NCBI GenBank assembly: GCA_958352145.1 | Contig: CATWNM010000001.1 | Location: 4,698 to 68,697, forward strand | DNA: 64,000 nt | Direction: 5' to 3' | Source of the DNA: an uncultured Eubacteriales bacterium | GTDB lineage: Bacteria; Bacillota; Clostridia; Oscillospirales; CAG-272 | Shown: one piece after another, positions 33,848-42,578 of the stretch | Numbering within the stretch: the stretch's first letter is position 1 | Layout of the letters: every line of letters starts with the position of its first letter | The notes under the pieces: generated by a model | What the model was told of the DNA's origin: nothing | The model's database searches: none | The model's input: only the letters and a program-made list of their open reading frames with translations | Program-made: the position numbers and the translations under genes

Positions 33848-34747
33848 TCACAGTCCTCGCACGTATTTTTCAGCCTCCACAGCGGCTCTGGCGCCGTCGG
33901 ACGCAGCCGTAACGATCTGGCGCAGCGTTTTCGACCGCGTATCGCCCGCGGCAAAAACACCGCGGCGCGCTGTGCGCGTATCCTCCCCCGCTTCGATATA
34001 CCCACTGCTGTCGAGCGGCACAAGCCCGCGAAAACGCGCGTTGTCGGGGACAAGTCCAACGGCGATAAACACCGCGGCAACGTCGATTTTCCGATCGCCA
34101 TCCGCTGTTTTCAGCGAAAGCGCTTCCGTTTTCTTTTCCCCAAGGATTTCCGTCACCGTCGTATTATATAAAATCTCAATGTTCTTTGCGGACAGGACGC
34201 GGTCTGCAAAAACCTTCTGCGCGGTAAACGTATCCCGGCGGTGGATCAGATATACCTTCTCGCAAATTCCCGAAAGATACAGCGCGTCCTCAAGCGCAGT
34301 ATTGCCGCCGCCGACAACCGCGACCCGCTTTCCACGAAAAAACATGCCGTCGCATACCGCACAGAAAGATACGCCGCGATACATAAGACGTTCTTCCCCC
34401 GGCACGCCGAGCTTCCGGCGCTCAGCGCCGTTAGCAAGGATCAGTGTCTGGGACGTATATTCGTTTGAGGCGGTTTTCAGTGAGAGAGGAGTCTCTCCGG
34501 AAACGGACAGCACCTCTTCCGTATACAGCGCCGCGCCAAGCGCAAGCATCTGCGCGCGCATAGATTCCGACAGCGTTGCACCGGAGGTCATTGCAATCCC
34601 CGGATAATTGGCGACCTCGGGCGTATTGACCATCTGTCCGCCGCAGACCGCTTTTTCAAAAACCGCCGTGCGCAGTCCTGCCCGGCAGGCGTAAATTGCC
34701 GCGCTCATTCCCGCCGGACCGGCGCCTATAATGCAAACATCAAACAT
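33848..34747 (-). CDS. trxB: thioredoxin-disulfide reductase
   Basis: GAGPAG FAD motif, redox-active CAVCDG and GGGNTALEDALYL NADPH motif. GGAGGA RBS precedes ATG 34747. Confidence 0.92.
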   Translation of the reverse strand: MFDVCIIGAGPAGMSAAIYACRAGLRTAVFEKAVCGGQMVNTPEVANYPGIAMTSGATLSESMRAQMLALGAALYTEEVLSVSGETPLSLKTASNEYTSQTLILANGAERRKLGVPGEERLMYRGVSFCAVCDGMFFRGKRVAVVGGGNTALEDALYLSGICEKVYLIHRRDTFTAQKVFADRVLSAKNIEILYNTTVTEILGEKKTEALSLKTADGDRKIDVAAVFIAVGLVPDNARFRGLVPLDSSGYIEAGEDTRTARRGVFAAGDTRSKTLRQIVTAASDGARAAVEAEKYVRGL

Positions 34748-34956
34748 ATCAAGTCCTCCAAAATCATTATGAAATTTTATAGAACAACTTTTCTGAACGG
34801 TATTTCCATGCTCCTGCACAAATCCAAACCGAAATTAAAAAACAAAATTTTTCAAAATACAGTTTCAGTATCGGCTTTTTGTGCTATACTATATGCATTA
34901 CAATACTGGCAGTGTTCGGCTGCTGAAAATATTTTATACCGCAAAGAGGTGCAATC

Positions 34957-35277
34957 ATGTCTGTCATACAGTTGAACGAAGAGAATTTTCAAAGTGAAAT
35001 CAAAAATTATGCCGGCGTCGCCCTAATCGACTTTTACGCCGATTGGTGCGGCCCCTGCAAGATGGTTTCTCCGGTCGTGGATGAAATTGCAGAAGAACAT
35101 CCCGAATTTAAGGTCTGCAAAGTCAACGTGGACGAAGCCTCTACGCTTGCTTCTGAATTTTCCGTCATGAGCATACCGACGCTTGTTGTCATGAAAAATG
35201 GGGAAATCGCCGACTCGCACATCGGACTGACTTCCAAATCGGCGATCGTAGGCATGCTGGAAAACGCAAACAAATAA
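34957..35277 (+). CDS. trxA: thioredoxin
   Basis: WCGPCK active site; 106 aa. It is divergent from trxB. Confidence 0.93.
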   Translation: MSVIQLNEENFQSEIKNYAGVALIDFYADWCGPCKMVSPVVDEIAEEHPEFKVCKVNVDEASTLASEFSVMSIPTLVVMKNGEIADSHIGLTSKSAIVGMLENANK

Positions 35278-35402
35278 AGACCAGCGGCCAAAAGTCAAGG
35301 TTTTCTGCTGAAAAACGTGTGCTGTCCGCTCCGCTGCGCCCCTATCCGGTGTAACAAGGCCGGCAAAACCACGTTTATTGCAAAATACTTTTCTATAGGT
35401 TG

Positions 35403-35429
35403 AAAAGACGGCAAAAAAGCCGTCTTTTT
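35403..35429. terminator. bidirectional terminator between trxA and GNAT gene
   Basis: AAAAGACGG-caaaaaag-CCGTCTTTTT. Confidence 0.6.
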
Positions 35430-35494
35430 CCAATTCTTAGCCGTATTCGCCGTACCTATATATTTTGTCCGCCGTATAAAGGCGCCTGACCATT

Positions 35495-35986
35495 CTACAA
35501 AACACAGTAATGCGGAATGATGTCCTCGTAATGTCCGTCTTTCATCAAAAATCCGCCCGGGATCGTGCCAAGCTGCACAAACCCCAGTTTTTGATACAAA
35601 TGAAGCGCCGGCGCGTTGCTTTTTACCACTGCATTGAATTGCAGAATGCGAAATCCCAAAGTCTTTGCCGTCTCCATGCAATGCCGGACAAGTTGCTCGC
35701 CGATTCCCTGTCCGCGCATTCTATCCTTCACTGCATAGCTTGCGTTGCATATATGCCCGCACCGGCCTACATTGTTCGGATGCAGGATATAAAGTCCCAC
35801 AATGTCCCCGCAACCAGAATCATAAGCAACAGCTGTAAGGGACTGTGCCGAGAAAAAAGCGCCGCCCGTGCTTTCCGTAAGCATTTCCGTCTGCGGGAAA
35901 GCGATACCGGTTTCCACAACGGTATTCCAGATTCGAACCAACGAATCGACATCCGTTTTTTCATACGCCCTGATTTGAATATCCAT
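35495..35986 (-). CDS. GNAT family N-acetyltransferase
   Basis: RMRGQGIGEQLV fits the acetyl-CoA-binding Q/RxxGxG/A motif, followed by NAVVKSNAPALHLYQKLGF. GAGGA RBS precedes ATG 35986. Confidence 0.85.
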   Translation of the reverse strand: MDIQIRAYEKTDVDSLVRIWNTVVETGIAFPQTEMLTESTGGAFFSAQSLTAVAYDSGCGDIVGLYILHPNNVGRCGHICNASYAVKDRMRGQGIGEQLVRHCMETAKTLGFRILQFNAVVKSNAPALHLYQKLGFVQLGTIPGGFLMKDGHYEDIIPHYCVL

Positions 35987-36011
35987 TTTTTCCTCAATAT
36001 TTCGGTAAATT

Positions 36012-36785
36012 TTATCCGCGGTCACGTTCGATTAAAATTTTGAGCGCTTCCACGGCAAGCCGAATCGCCGCATCGGTATCGGTATTCATTTCACCGGCGT
36101 CATCTAAAGCCGCCTCCTTGCGCTCCTGATTCCAAACAATATGAAATACCGCTCCGCATCGCGCGCCGAGCGCATCCGCAACCACAAACTGCGCGGCGCT
36201 TTCCATCTCGCTGCACAGCACGCCGAGCCGTTTCCACGCCTCCCATTTTCCGAGCAGTTCCGCCTCGGTCGGCATGCGATGCGGACTGTGCTGTCCGTAA
36301 AAAGAATCCTTGCTCTGCACAATGCCGGTATGAAACCGAAAACCGGCTTCCTCGGCCGCCCATACCAGTGCCTGCGTCACTTCAAAGTCGGCGACCGCCG
36401 GATATTCCGGCGGCGCGTATTCGCGGCTGGTGCCCTCCTGGCGCACCGCGCCCGTAGCGATCACGCAGTCCCCTGCGCGCACACGCCGGTCTATGCCGCC
36501 GGCCGTTCCGACCCGGATGAACGTATCCGCACCCACGGCAAACAATTCCTCCATCGCAATCGCGCTGGACGGTCCGCCAATGCCGGTGGAGCAAACGCTC
36601 ACTCGCTCCCCAAGCAGACGGCCTGTATAAATTGTAAACTCGCGGTTTTGCGATACAAAATCCGCCTCCTCCAAATACGCCGCAATCTTCTCACAGCGTC
36701 CGGGATCTCCGGGCAAAATCACATAACGTCCGATATCCCCTTCGCAGCAGCGGATATGGTACTGCAAATCATTGTCGGGCAGCAT
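36012..36785 (-). CDS. udp: uridine phosphorylase (PNP_UDP_1 family nucleoside phosphorylase)
   Basis: [21 protein letters not shown] and IRVGTAGG motifs. GGGGGA RBS precedes ATG 36785. Confidence 0.8.
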   Translation of the reverse strand: MLPDNDLQYHIRCCEGDIGRYVILPGDPGRCEKIAAYLEEADFVSQNREFTIYTGRLLGERVSVCSTGIGGPSSAIAMEELFAVGADTFIRVGTAGGIDRRVRAGDCVIATGAVRQEGTSREYAPPEYPAVADFEVTQALVWAAEEAGFRFHTGIVQSKDSFYGQHSPHRMPTEAELLGKWEAWKRLGVLCSEMESAAQFVVADALGARCGAVFHIVWNQERKEAALDDAGEMNTDTDAAIRLAVEALKILIERDRG

Positions 36786-36992
36786 AAAATGTCCCCCTTT
36801 ATCTCCCATATATTATGCATTCGAAACAACCGTTACATCAAGATGCGCAAACGTCCACAGTCATCCGAAATGTTCTAGCGGCATCGCCTTAACCTATAGG
36901 GAACACGTCTCTTCGCTTTGACATAACGCCTCTGCATGCGTTTCAAAGCGCCAAAGACAACGTTCCCGGCAAAATCAACTCCATAAAAACAA

Positions 36993-37400
36993 CTACTTTA
37001 CATGTTCCCCGCCAAAGCTCTCGGGCAAAAGCGCGCCGAGCGTATAACACACAATCTCTCTGCCGCCGCACGCAATATAGATTGGGAAACCGTCGCCGCA
37101 AAATTCACACAAAACCTGACGGCAGACGCCGCACGGCACAAACGGCGCGCCGATTTCTCCGCCCTTTCCGCCCGCGATTGCAATGGCCGAAAAGCGGCGC
37201 TGCCCAGCCGATACCGCGCAGGCAATGGCGGCACGCTCCGCACAAATTGTCGGGCCAAAAGCCGCGTTTTCGATATTGCAGCCAAGATATACCTGCCCAT
37301 TTTCGGCCAGCAGCGCCGCGCCGACAAAACACCCCGAATAGGGCGCGTACGCGCGCTTCATCGCTTCTATGGCATGTCGCACCAATTCTTCTTTTGTCAT
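36993..37400 (-). CDS. cdd: cytidine deaminase
   Basis: CAERAAI and PCGVCRQ zinc-binding motifs; 135 aa. The long upstream ORF extension overlaps deoB and was rejected. Confidence 0.9.
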   Translation of the reverse strand: MTKEELVRHAIEAMKRAYAPYSGCFVGAALLAENGQVYLGCNIENAAFGPTICAERAAIACAVSAGQRRFSAIAIAGGKGGEIGAPFVPCGVCRQVLCEFCGDGFPIYIACGGREIVCYTLGALLPESFGGEHVK

Positions 37401-37401
37401 T

Positions 37402-38559
37402 TTATCCTCGCAAAATCTGCGGCAAAAAACTCTTGCCCGGCAGACTGTATTCAATCCCCAAAAACTCCGCCGCGGTCGCGCCGATATCCGCAAAGCTCCG
37501 CCGCGTGCCAAGATCGGCCGGATGCACATTGCATCCAACCGCCAGCAGCGGCGTATACTCGCGGGTATGGTCGGTCCCGCGAAAACCGGGGTCACAGCCA
37601 TGATCGCCCGTAATCATTAACAGATCCTCCGAGCGCATAGCGGGAATAAACTCGCCAAGCCAGCGGTCGAACTCCGTCAGCGCGGCCGCATAGCCGTCCG
37701 TGTCCCGGCGGTGCCCATACAGCATATCAAAATCCACCAGATTGATAAAAGCAAGCCCATGGAAATCCGCATCCAAAAGTTCTTTCGTTTTCCGCATGCC
37801 GTCCGCGTTCCCATCGGTTTTCACCGATCGTCCGATCCCGCGCCCCGCGAAAATATCGCCGATCTTGCCGACGGCGATCGTATCCAACTCCGACGACCGC
37901 ATCAAATCCATCAGCGTCTCGTGCGGCGGCGGCAGAGCATAATCATGCCGCCCGGCGGTGCGTGTATACGGAAAATCCCCCGCAAAAGGACGCGCGATCA
38001 CCCGGCCTACGCCATGCTCGCCCCGCAGCATTTTTCGGGCGATTTCACAGCAGCGGTAAAGCTCCCGTACAGGTACGACATCCTCATGCGCGGCAACCTG
38101 AAACACACTGTCGGCCGAGGTATATACGATCAGCTTTCCAGTACGTACATGCTCTTTGCCGTAATCGGCAATCACTTTTGTCCCGGAGTACGGAAGATTG
38201 CAGAGCGTTTTATGCCCGGTCAGGCGCTCGAAATCGTCGATGACCGACTTCGGAAACCCCGCGGGATACACCGGGAGATCCCGCTCGGACACAACGCCGC
38301 ACATCTCCCAGTGCCCAATGATCGTATCCTTGCCGCGGGAAGCCTCAGTCATGCGCGCATACGCGCCTTTAGGACTTTTTACGCCGCCATCAAGCCCTTC
38401 TATATTCAGTAAACCGTATTCCCGCATGACCGGCACGCAAAAGCAAGGCGACCTTCGAACCGACCCCAGCGTATCCGCCCCGGCGTCGCCGAATCCGGCG
38501 CTGTCCGGCATAGCGCCGATCCCAAAGCTGTCAAGGACGATCAAAAATACCCGTTTCAC
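37402..38559 (-). CDS. deoB: phosphopentomutase
   Basis: The MKRVFLIVLDSFGIG N-terminus and GDHGCDP motif are as in DeoB. 385 aa. Confidence 0.92.
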   Translation of the reverse strand: MKRVFLIVLDSFGIGAMPDSAGFGDAGADTLGSVRRSPCFCVPVMREYGLLNIEGLDGGVKSPKGAYARMTEASRGKDTIIGHWEMCGVVSERDLPVYPAGFPKSVIDDFERLTGHKTLCNLPYSGTKVIADYGKEHVRTGKLIVYTSADSVFQVAAHEDVVPVRELYRCCEIARKMLRGEHGVGRVIARPFAGDFPYTRTAGRHDYALPPPHETLMDLMRSSELDTIAVGKIGDIFAGRGIGRSVKTDGNADGMRKTKELLDADFHGLAFINLVDFDMLYGHRRDTDGYAAALTEFDRWLGEFIPAMRSEDLLMITGDHGCDPGFRGTDHTREYTPLLAVGCNVHPADLGTRRSFADIGATAAEFLGIEYSLPGKSFLPQILRG

Positions 38560-39230
38560 GCCTTTGCCTCCTCGAACAGCCGAATCATCGAACTTGTTCC
38601 CAGACGATCCGCGCCAAGCTCAATGAAGCGCGCGGCGTCCTCTATGCTGCGGATTCCGCCGGCCGCCTTGATTTTAATTCCCCGTACATGCCTCAAAAAC
38701 AACGCAATATCCTCAAAAGTTGCGCCGCCCCCGGCAAATCCGGTGGAGGTCTTGATATAGTCCGCGCCGGAATCAGAAACGATCCCGCACATGCGGACTT
38801 TTTCATCCTCCGTCAGCAGACAGGTCTCAATGATTACCTTTAAAATTTTTCCGGCGCACACGGCTCGAACCGCCCGAATCTCGTCAAGCAGAGCGTCATC
38901 ATCGCCTGCGCGCAGCGCGCCGATGTCGATGACCATATCGATTTCATCCGCGCCGTTTCTAATCGCGTCTTTGGTCTCGAAAACCTTGACGGATTTGGTA
39001 TTGTATCCGTTTGGGAAACCGACGACCGTACAGATTTTCACGTTGCCGCCCGCATATTCCGAGGCGCGCCGTACAAAGGACGGCGGAATGCAGACCGACG
39101 CCGTTCCATTTTCGATCCCTTCGCCGACCACGCGCCGGATCTGCGGCCAAACCGCGTCCTGCCGCAAAAGCGTATGATCTACCCTGGATAAAATTTCTTC
39201 TTTCGTATATCCGCCATACAATACCGGCAT
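38556..39230 (-). CDS. deoC: deoxyribose-phosphate aldolase
   Basis: VDHTLL, VCTVVGFPNG-like and YIKTSTGF (Schiff-base Lys) motifs. GAGGGG RBS precedes ATG 39230. Confidence 0.9.
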   Translation of the reverse strand: MPVLYGGYTKEEILSRVDHTLLRQDAVWPQIRRVVGEGIENGTASVCIPPSFVRRASEYAGGNVKICTVVGFPNGYNTKSVKVFETKDAIRNGADEIDMVIDIGALRAGDDDALLDEIRAVRAVCAGKILKVIIETCLLTEDEKVRMCGIVSDSGADYIKTSTGFAGGGATFEDIALFLRHVRGIKIKAAGGIRSIEDAARFIELGADRLGTSSMIRLFEEAKA

Positions 39231-39336
39231 ATTGATCCCCTCATTTTTTCCGAACATTTTATAAATTCACTCAAATTGTAGCACATACGCCGAAAAATTT
39301 CTATAGCTTTGCCTAAATAAATTTTAAGTTTTGCTG

Positions 39337-39365
39337 TTGACTTGCGTTTCTTTTTATGCTACACT
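39337..39365 (+). promoter_or_regulatory. promoter of aro operon leader
   Basis: TTGACT (39337-39342), 17 nt, then (TGc)TACACT (39357-39365). Confidence 0.55.
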
Positions 39366-39376
39366 TGAAGAAACCA

Positions 39377-39502
39377 ATGAAAGGACAGCGAAAAACCATG
39401 CGGAACACGCAGCAAAACAGCGTATTTGCATATTTTTACTTTAGCTTTATCTATTTTATGGATAAGGCTTGTTTTGCTGTTCGAAAATCTGTGGCCGCAT
39501 AG
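39377..39502 (+). CDS. candidate Phe/Tyr-rich leader peptide (41 aa; alternative start 39398 gives 34 aa)
   Basis: The product is MKGQRKTMRNTQQNSVFAYFYFSFIYFMDKACFAVRKSVAA. Eight of 11 consecutive residues (codons 39425-39457) are F or Y. AAGGA lies 13 nt before the second ATG. It is below the ORF-track cutoff. Confidence 0.5.
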   Translation: MKGQRKTMRNTQQNSVFAYFYFSFIYFMDKACFAVRKSVAA

Positions 39503-39523
39503 AGGTTTGCATCTGCGGATATA

Positions 39524-39565
39524 CAGGGCTTGCAGCAAAATAAGCTGCGAGCCCTGTTTTTGTTT
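39524..39565 (+). terminator. intrinsic terminator (attenuator) between leader ORF and aroF
   Basis: CAGGGCTTGCAGC-aaaataa-GCTGCGAGCCCTG (13 bp including one G-U) is followed by TTTTTGTTT. It lies 44 nt upstream of the aroF ATG. Confidence 0.75.
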
Positions 39566-39608
39566 GGTTGAATTCGGATTATTTTATATATAAAAGGAGT
39601 ATCGTATC

Positions 39609-40619
39609 ATGGTTGTTATTCTAAAGCAAAATGCGGACAAAGCGCAGCTTGAGCAGTTGGAGTCATGGATTCAAGGCATGGGGCTTTCCGTCCACAAAAG
39701 CGAAGGGCAAAATTCTACGATCCTTGGACTCGTAGGCGACACCTCCAAGGTTGACATCGATCTGCTCAGCGCGCTCGACATTGTGGAAAACGTCAAGCGC
39801 ATCCAGGAGCCTTACAAAAACGCCAACCGCAAATTCCACCCAATGGACACGGTCATTGACGTTGGAGGCGTTAAAATCGGCGGCGGCAACTTTGCAGTCA
39901 TCGCCGGCCCCTGCTCGGTCGAATCCGAAGCGCAGATCTGCGAAGTCGCGGCCGACGTCCAAAAAAGCGGAGCCAAACTGCTTCGCGGCGGCGCGTTCAA
40001 GCCGCGCACCTCGCCCTACTCTTTCCAAGGCATGCGCGGAGAGGGCATCAAACTGCTTTTAGAAGCGAAAGCCAAAACCGGCCTGCCGATCGTAACCGAA
40101 ATTATGGATATGTCGCAGCTTCCCCTTTTCGAGGATGTGGACGTCATCCAGGTCGGTGCGCGAAACATGCAGAACTTTGAACTGCTGAAAGAACTCGGAC
40201 ATGTAGACAAGCCGATTCTGCTCAAGCGCGGATTAGCCAGCACAATCGAAGAACTTTTAATGAGCGCCGAATATATCATGGCCGGCGGCAATGAGAAAGT
40301 CATTCTCTGTGAGCGCGGTATCCGTACCTTTGAAACGGCCACCACGCGCAACACGCTGGATCTCTGCGCGATCCCAGTTCTCAAGGAACGCACGCATCTG
40401 CCGATCATCATCGACCCAAGCCATGCGACCGGCGTTGCAAGACTCGTCAAACCCATGTGCATTGCGGCAACCGCCGCGGGCGCGGACGGTCTGATCGTAG
40501 AAGTACACAACGATCCCGCGCATGCGCTCTGCGACGGCAAACAATCCTTGACGCCCGAAGCGTTCGACGACGTTATGCGTGCGGTCGAGGCCGTGCGTCC
40601 TTACGCATACAAAGGCTGA
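39609..40619 (+). CDS. aroF: 3-deoxy-7-phosphoheptulonate (DAHP) synthase, type I-beta with N-terminal regulatory domain
   Basis: An N-terminal ~65-aa ACT/ferredoxin-like domain is followed by the KDO8P/DAHPS core (IAGPCSVES, LRGGAFKPRTSPYSFQG, IDPSHATG). Confidence 0.9.
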   Translation: MVVILKQNADKAQLEQLESWIQGMGLSVHKSEGQNSTILGLVGDTSKVDIDLLSALDIVENVKRIQEPYKNANRKFHPMDTVIDVGGVKIGGGNFAVIAGPCSVESEAQICEVAADVQKSGAKLLRGGAFKPRTSPYSFQGMRGEGIKLLLEAKAKTGLPIVTEIMDMSQLPLFEDVDVIQVGARNMQNFELLKELGHVDKPILLKRGLASTIEELLMSAEYIMAGGNEKVILCERGIRTFETATTRNTLDLCAIPVLKERTHLPIIIDPSHATGVARLVKPMCIAATAAGADGLIVEVHNDPAHALCDGKQSLTPEAFDDVMRAVEAVRPYAYKG

Positions 40620-40678
40620 TTGCAAAATCTTTGAAAAACTGCTATACTGTAAACGATAGAACAGGGACGGAAAAAACT

Positions 40679-41515
40679 ATGAAGATCTTCATCTGCGGGC
40701 TGGGACTCATCGGCGGCTCGTTTGCCAAGGCAATCAAAGAACGTACGCTGCATACGGTGATCGGCACGGACAAGGACGCATCGGTTATCGATCAGGCGCT
40801 GGAAGTCGGCGCAATCGACGCGCAAGCGTCGACCGAAAACCTCGGCACATGCGACCTTATCCTTATTGCGCTGTATCCGAAAGCCGCGATTGAATTTGTA
40901 CGTGAAAATCTCGGCCGCTTTAAGCCCGGCGCAATCCTGCTCGACACCTGCGGCATCAAAACCGAAGTCTGCACGGAGGTCGGCGCGCTGATTGCCGGCA
41001 CTTCGCTCCATTTCATCGGCGGACATCCGATGGCCGGGATCGAACACAGCGGATTCGACTACGCTTTCGCCTCTCTTTTCGAGGGCGCTTCCATGATCCT
41101 CTGCACGGAAGCCTGCACAGATATAAAAGCCGTCGAAACAGTGTCCGAACTTTGCAAAGCCATCGGCTTTTGCCGGATCACGCGCAGCACCTGCGCGCAG
41201 CACGATAAAATCATCGCGTTTACCTCGCAGCTTGCCCACGTGGTCTCCAGCGCTTATGCGCACGGCAAATACGCGACCGAGCACAGCGGCTTTTCCGCAG
41301 GTTCGTTCCGGGATATGACGCGCGTCGCGCGGTTGAATCCCGATATGTGGACGGAGTTGTTTTTTGAAAACCGCGAAAACCTGGCCGGTATGATCGAAGA
41401 ACTGATCGAAAATCTGCAAAAATACAAAGCGGCGCTCGATTGCGGCGACCGGGAAGCCATGCATAAACTGCTCGCCGACGGAAACGCCCGAAAAATTCAA
41501 GCGGACAGATTGTGA
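40679..41515 (+). CDS. tyrA: prephenate dehydrogenase
   Basis: MKIFICGLGLIGGSFAKAI is a Rossmann GxGxxG motif and HPMAG is present. The start is ATG 40679; ORF 40457 is an extension overlapping aroF. Confidence 0.88.
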   Translation: MKIFICGLGLIGGSFAKAIKERTLHTVIGTDKDASVIDQALEVGAIDAQASTENLGTCDLILIALYPKAAIEFVRENLGRFKPGAILLDTCGIKTEVCTEVGALIAGTSLHFIGGHPMAGIEHSGFDYAFASLFEGASMILCTEACTDIKAVETVSELCKAIGFCRITRSTCAQHDKIIAFTSQLAHVVSSAYAHGKYATEHSGFSAGSFRDMTRVARLNPDMWTELFFENRENLAGMIEELIENLQKYKAALDCGDREAMHKLLADGNARKIQADRL

Positions 41516-41522
41516 GGCAAAA

Positions 41523-42572
41523 ATGACATCCATATCCATCCATACCAGTACCGAATATGAAGTGCACATCGGCGCCGGCCTGCTGGACAGCGCCGGGGCG
41601 AGAATCGCCGGGATTGCCCGGGGCAAGCGGATCATGATCGTTTCGGACGACGCCGTCTTCCCGCTCTACGGCAGCCGCCTTGTACGCGCTGCGGAAAACG
41701 CGGGCTTTGAGTGCAGCACGTTTATTTTTTCAAACGGCGAAGCGCAAAAACGGCTTTCCACGCTTGAGCAGCTTCTGGAATCTCTGGCGGAAAAGCATTT
41801 TTGCCGAAGCGATCTGATTTTGGCGCTTGGCGGCGGCGTCGTGGGCGATATGGCTGGGTTCGCAGCCGCTGTGTTTTTACGCGGCATAGACTATGTTCAA
41901 TTGCCGACCACGCTGCTGGCCGCCGTAGATTCCTCGGTGGGGGGGAAAACGGCCGTCGATCTTTCGCATGGAAAAAATCTGTGCGGCGCGTTCCACCAGC
42001 CAAAACTTGTCCTCTGCGACACGAATACGTTCAAAACGCTCGCGCCTCTCCAATGGCAGGATGGCCTTGCGGAAATGCTGAAATACGGCGTGATCTGCGA
42101 TAAAACGCTGTTTGAGCAAATTCAAAATTACAAAAACGAAAATCTAGAAGCGCTGATCGCCCGCTGTGTGGAGATCAAACGGGATATCGTATCTGCGGAT
42201 GAATTCGACCATGGAAAACGGCAGTTGCTCAACCTCGGTCATACGGTAGGCCACGCGGTGGAAGCCGCATCAAACTTCAGCATCACGCACGGTCACGCGG
42301 TCGCCATCGGCATGGCGGTCATCGCACGCGGTGCTCAGCGGCTTCAAATGGCCGAGCCGGGCACCGCGGCGCATATAGAGCGCGCGCTCGACGCCTGCGC
42401 GCTGCCCAGCCGCTGTGATTTCGACGCGGATACGCTGGCATCCCTTACCCTCTCCGACAAAAAATCGGACGGAGATTTCATCAACTTGATTATACCCGAA
42501 CGTATCGGGGGCAGCGTCATTCGAAAAAGTCCCGCGTCGGATGTTCGAAAACTGATCGCCGCAGGACTGTGA
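41523..42572 (+). CDS. aroB: 3-dehydroquinate synthase
   Basis: LGGGVVGDMAGFAAA, GGKTAVD and GHTVGHA motifs; 349 aa. Confidence 0.92.
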   Translation: MTSISIHTSTEYEVHIGAGLLDSAGARIAGIARGKRIMIVSDDAVFPLYGSRLVRAAENAGFECSTFIFSNGEAQKRLSTLEQLLESLAEKHFCRSDLILALGGGVVGDMAGFAAAVFLRGIDYVQLPTTLLAAVDSSVGGKTAVDLSHGKNLCGAFHQPKLVLCDTNTFKTLAPLQWQDGLAEMLKYGVICDKTLFEQIQNYKNENLEALIARCVEIKRDIVSADEFDHGKRQLLNLGHTVGHAVEAASNFSITHGHAVAIGMAVIARGAQRLQMAEPGTAAHIERALDACALPSRCDFDADTLASLTLSDKKSDGDFINLIIPERIGGSVIRKSPASDVRKLIAAGL

Positions 42573-42578
42573 GGGCCT

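Noticed and set aside
40601-41635. Long antisense ORFs opposite real genes: 40601-41635 versus tyrA, 19342-20439 versus cas3, and 8021-8632 versus potA. Also 58843-59640 versus the SBP gene, 49234-50010 versus dusB, 15071-15868 versus cas7, 52809-53705 versus the permease, and 44104-44826 versus aroC.
   Set aside because: Each lies fully inside a gene that has clear family motifs on the other strand. They lack RBSs and show Arg/Gly/Ala-rich shadow-frame composition.
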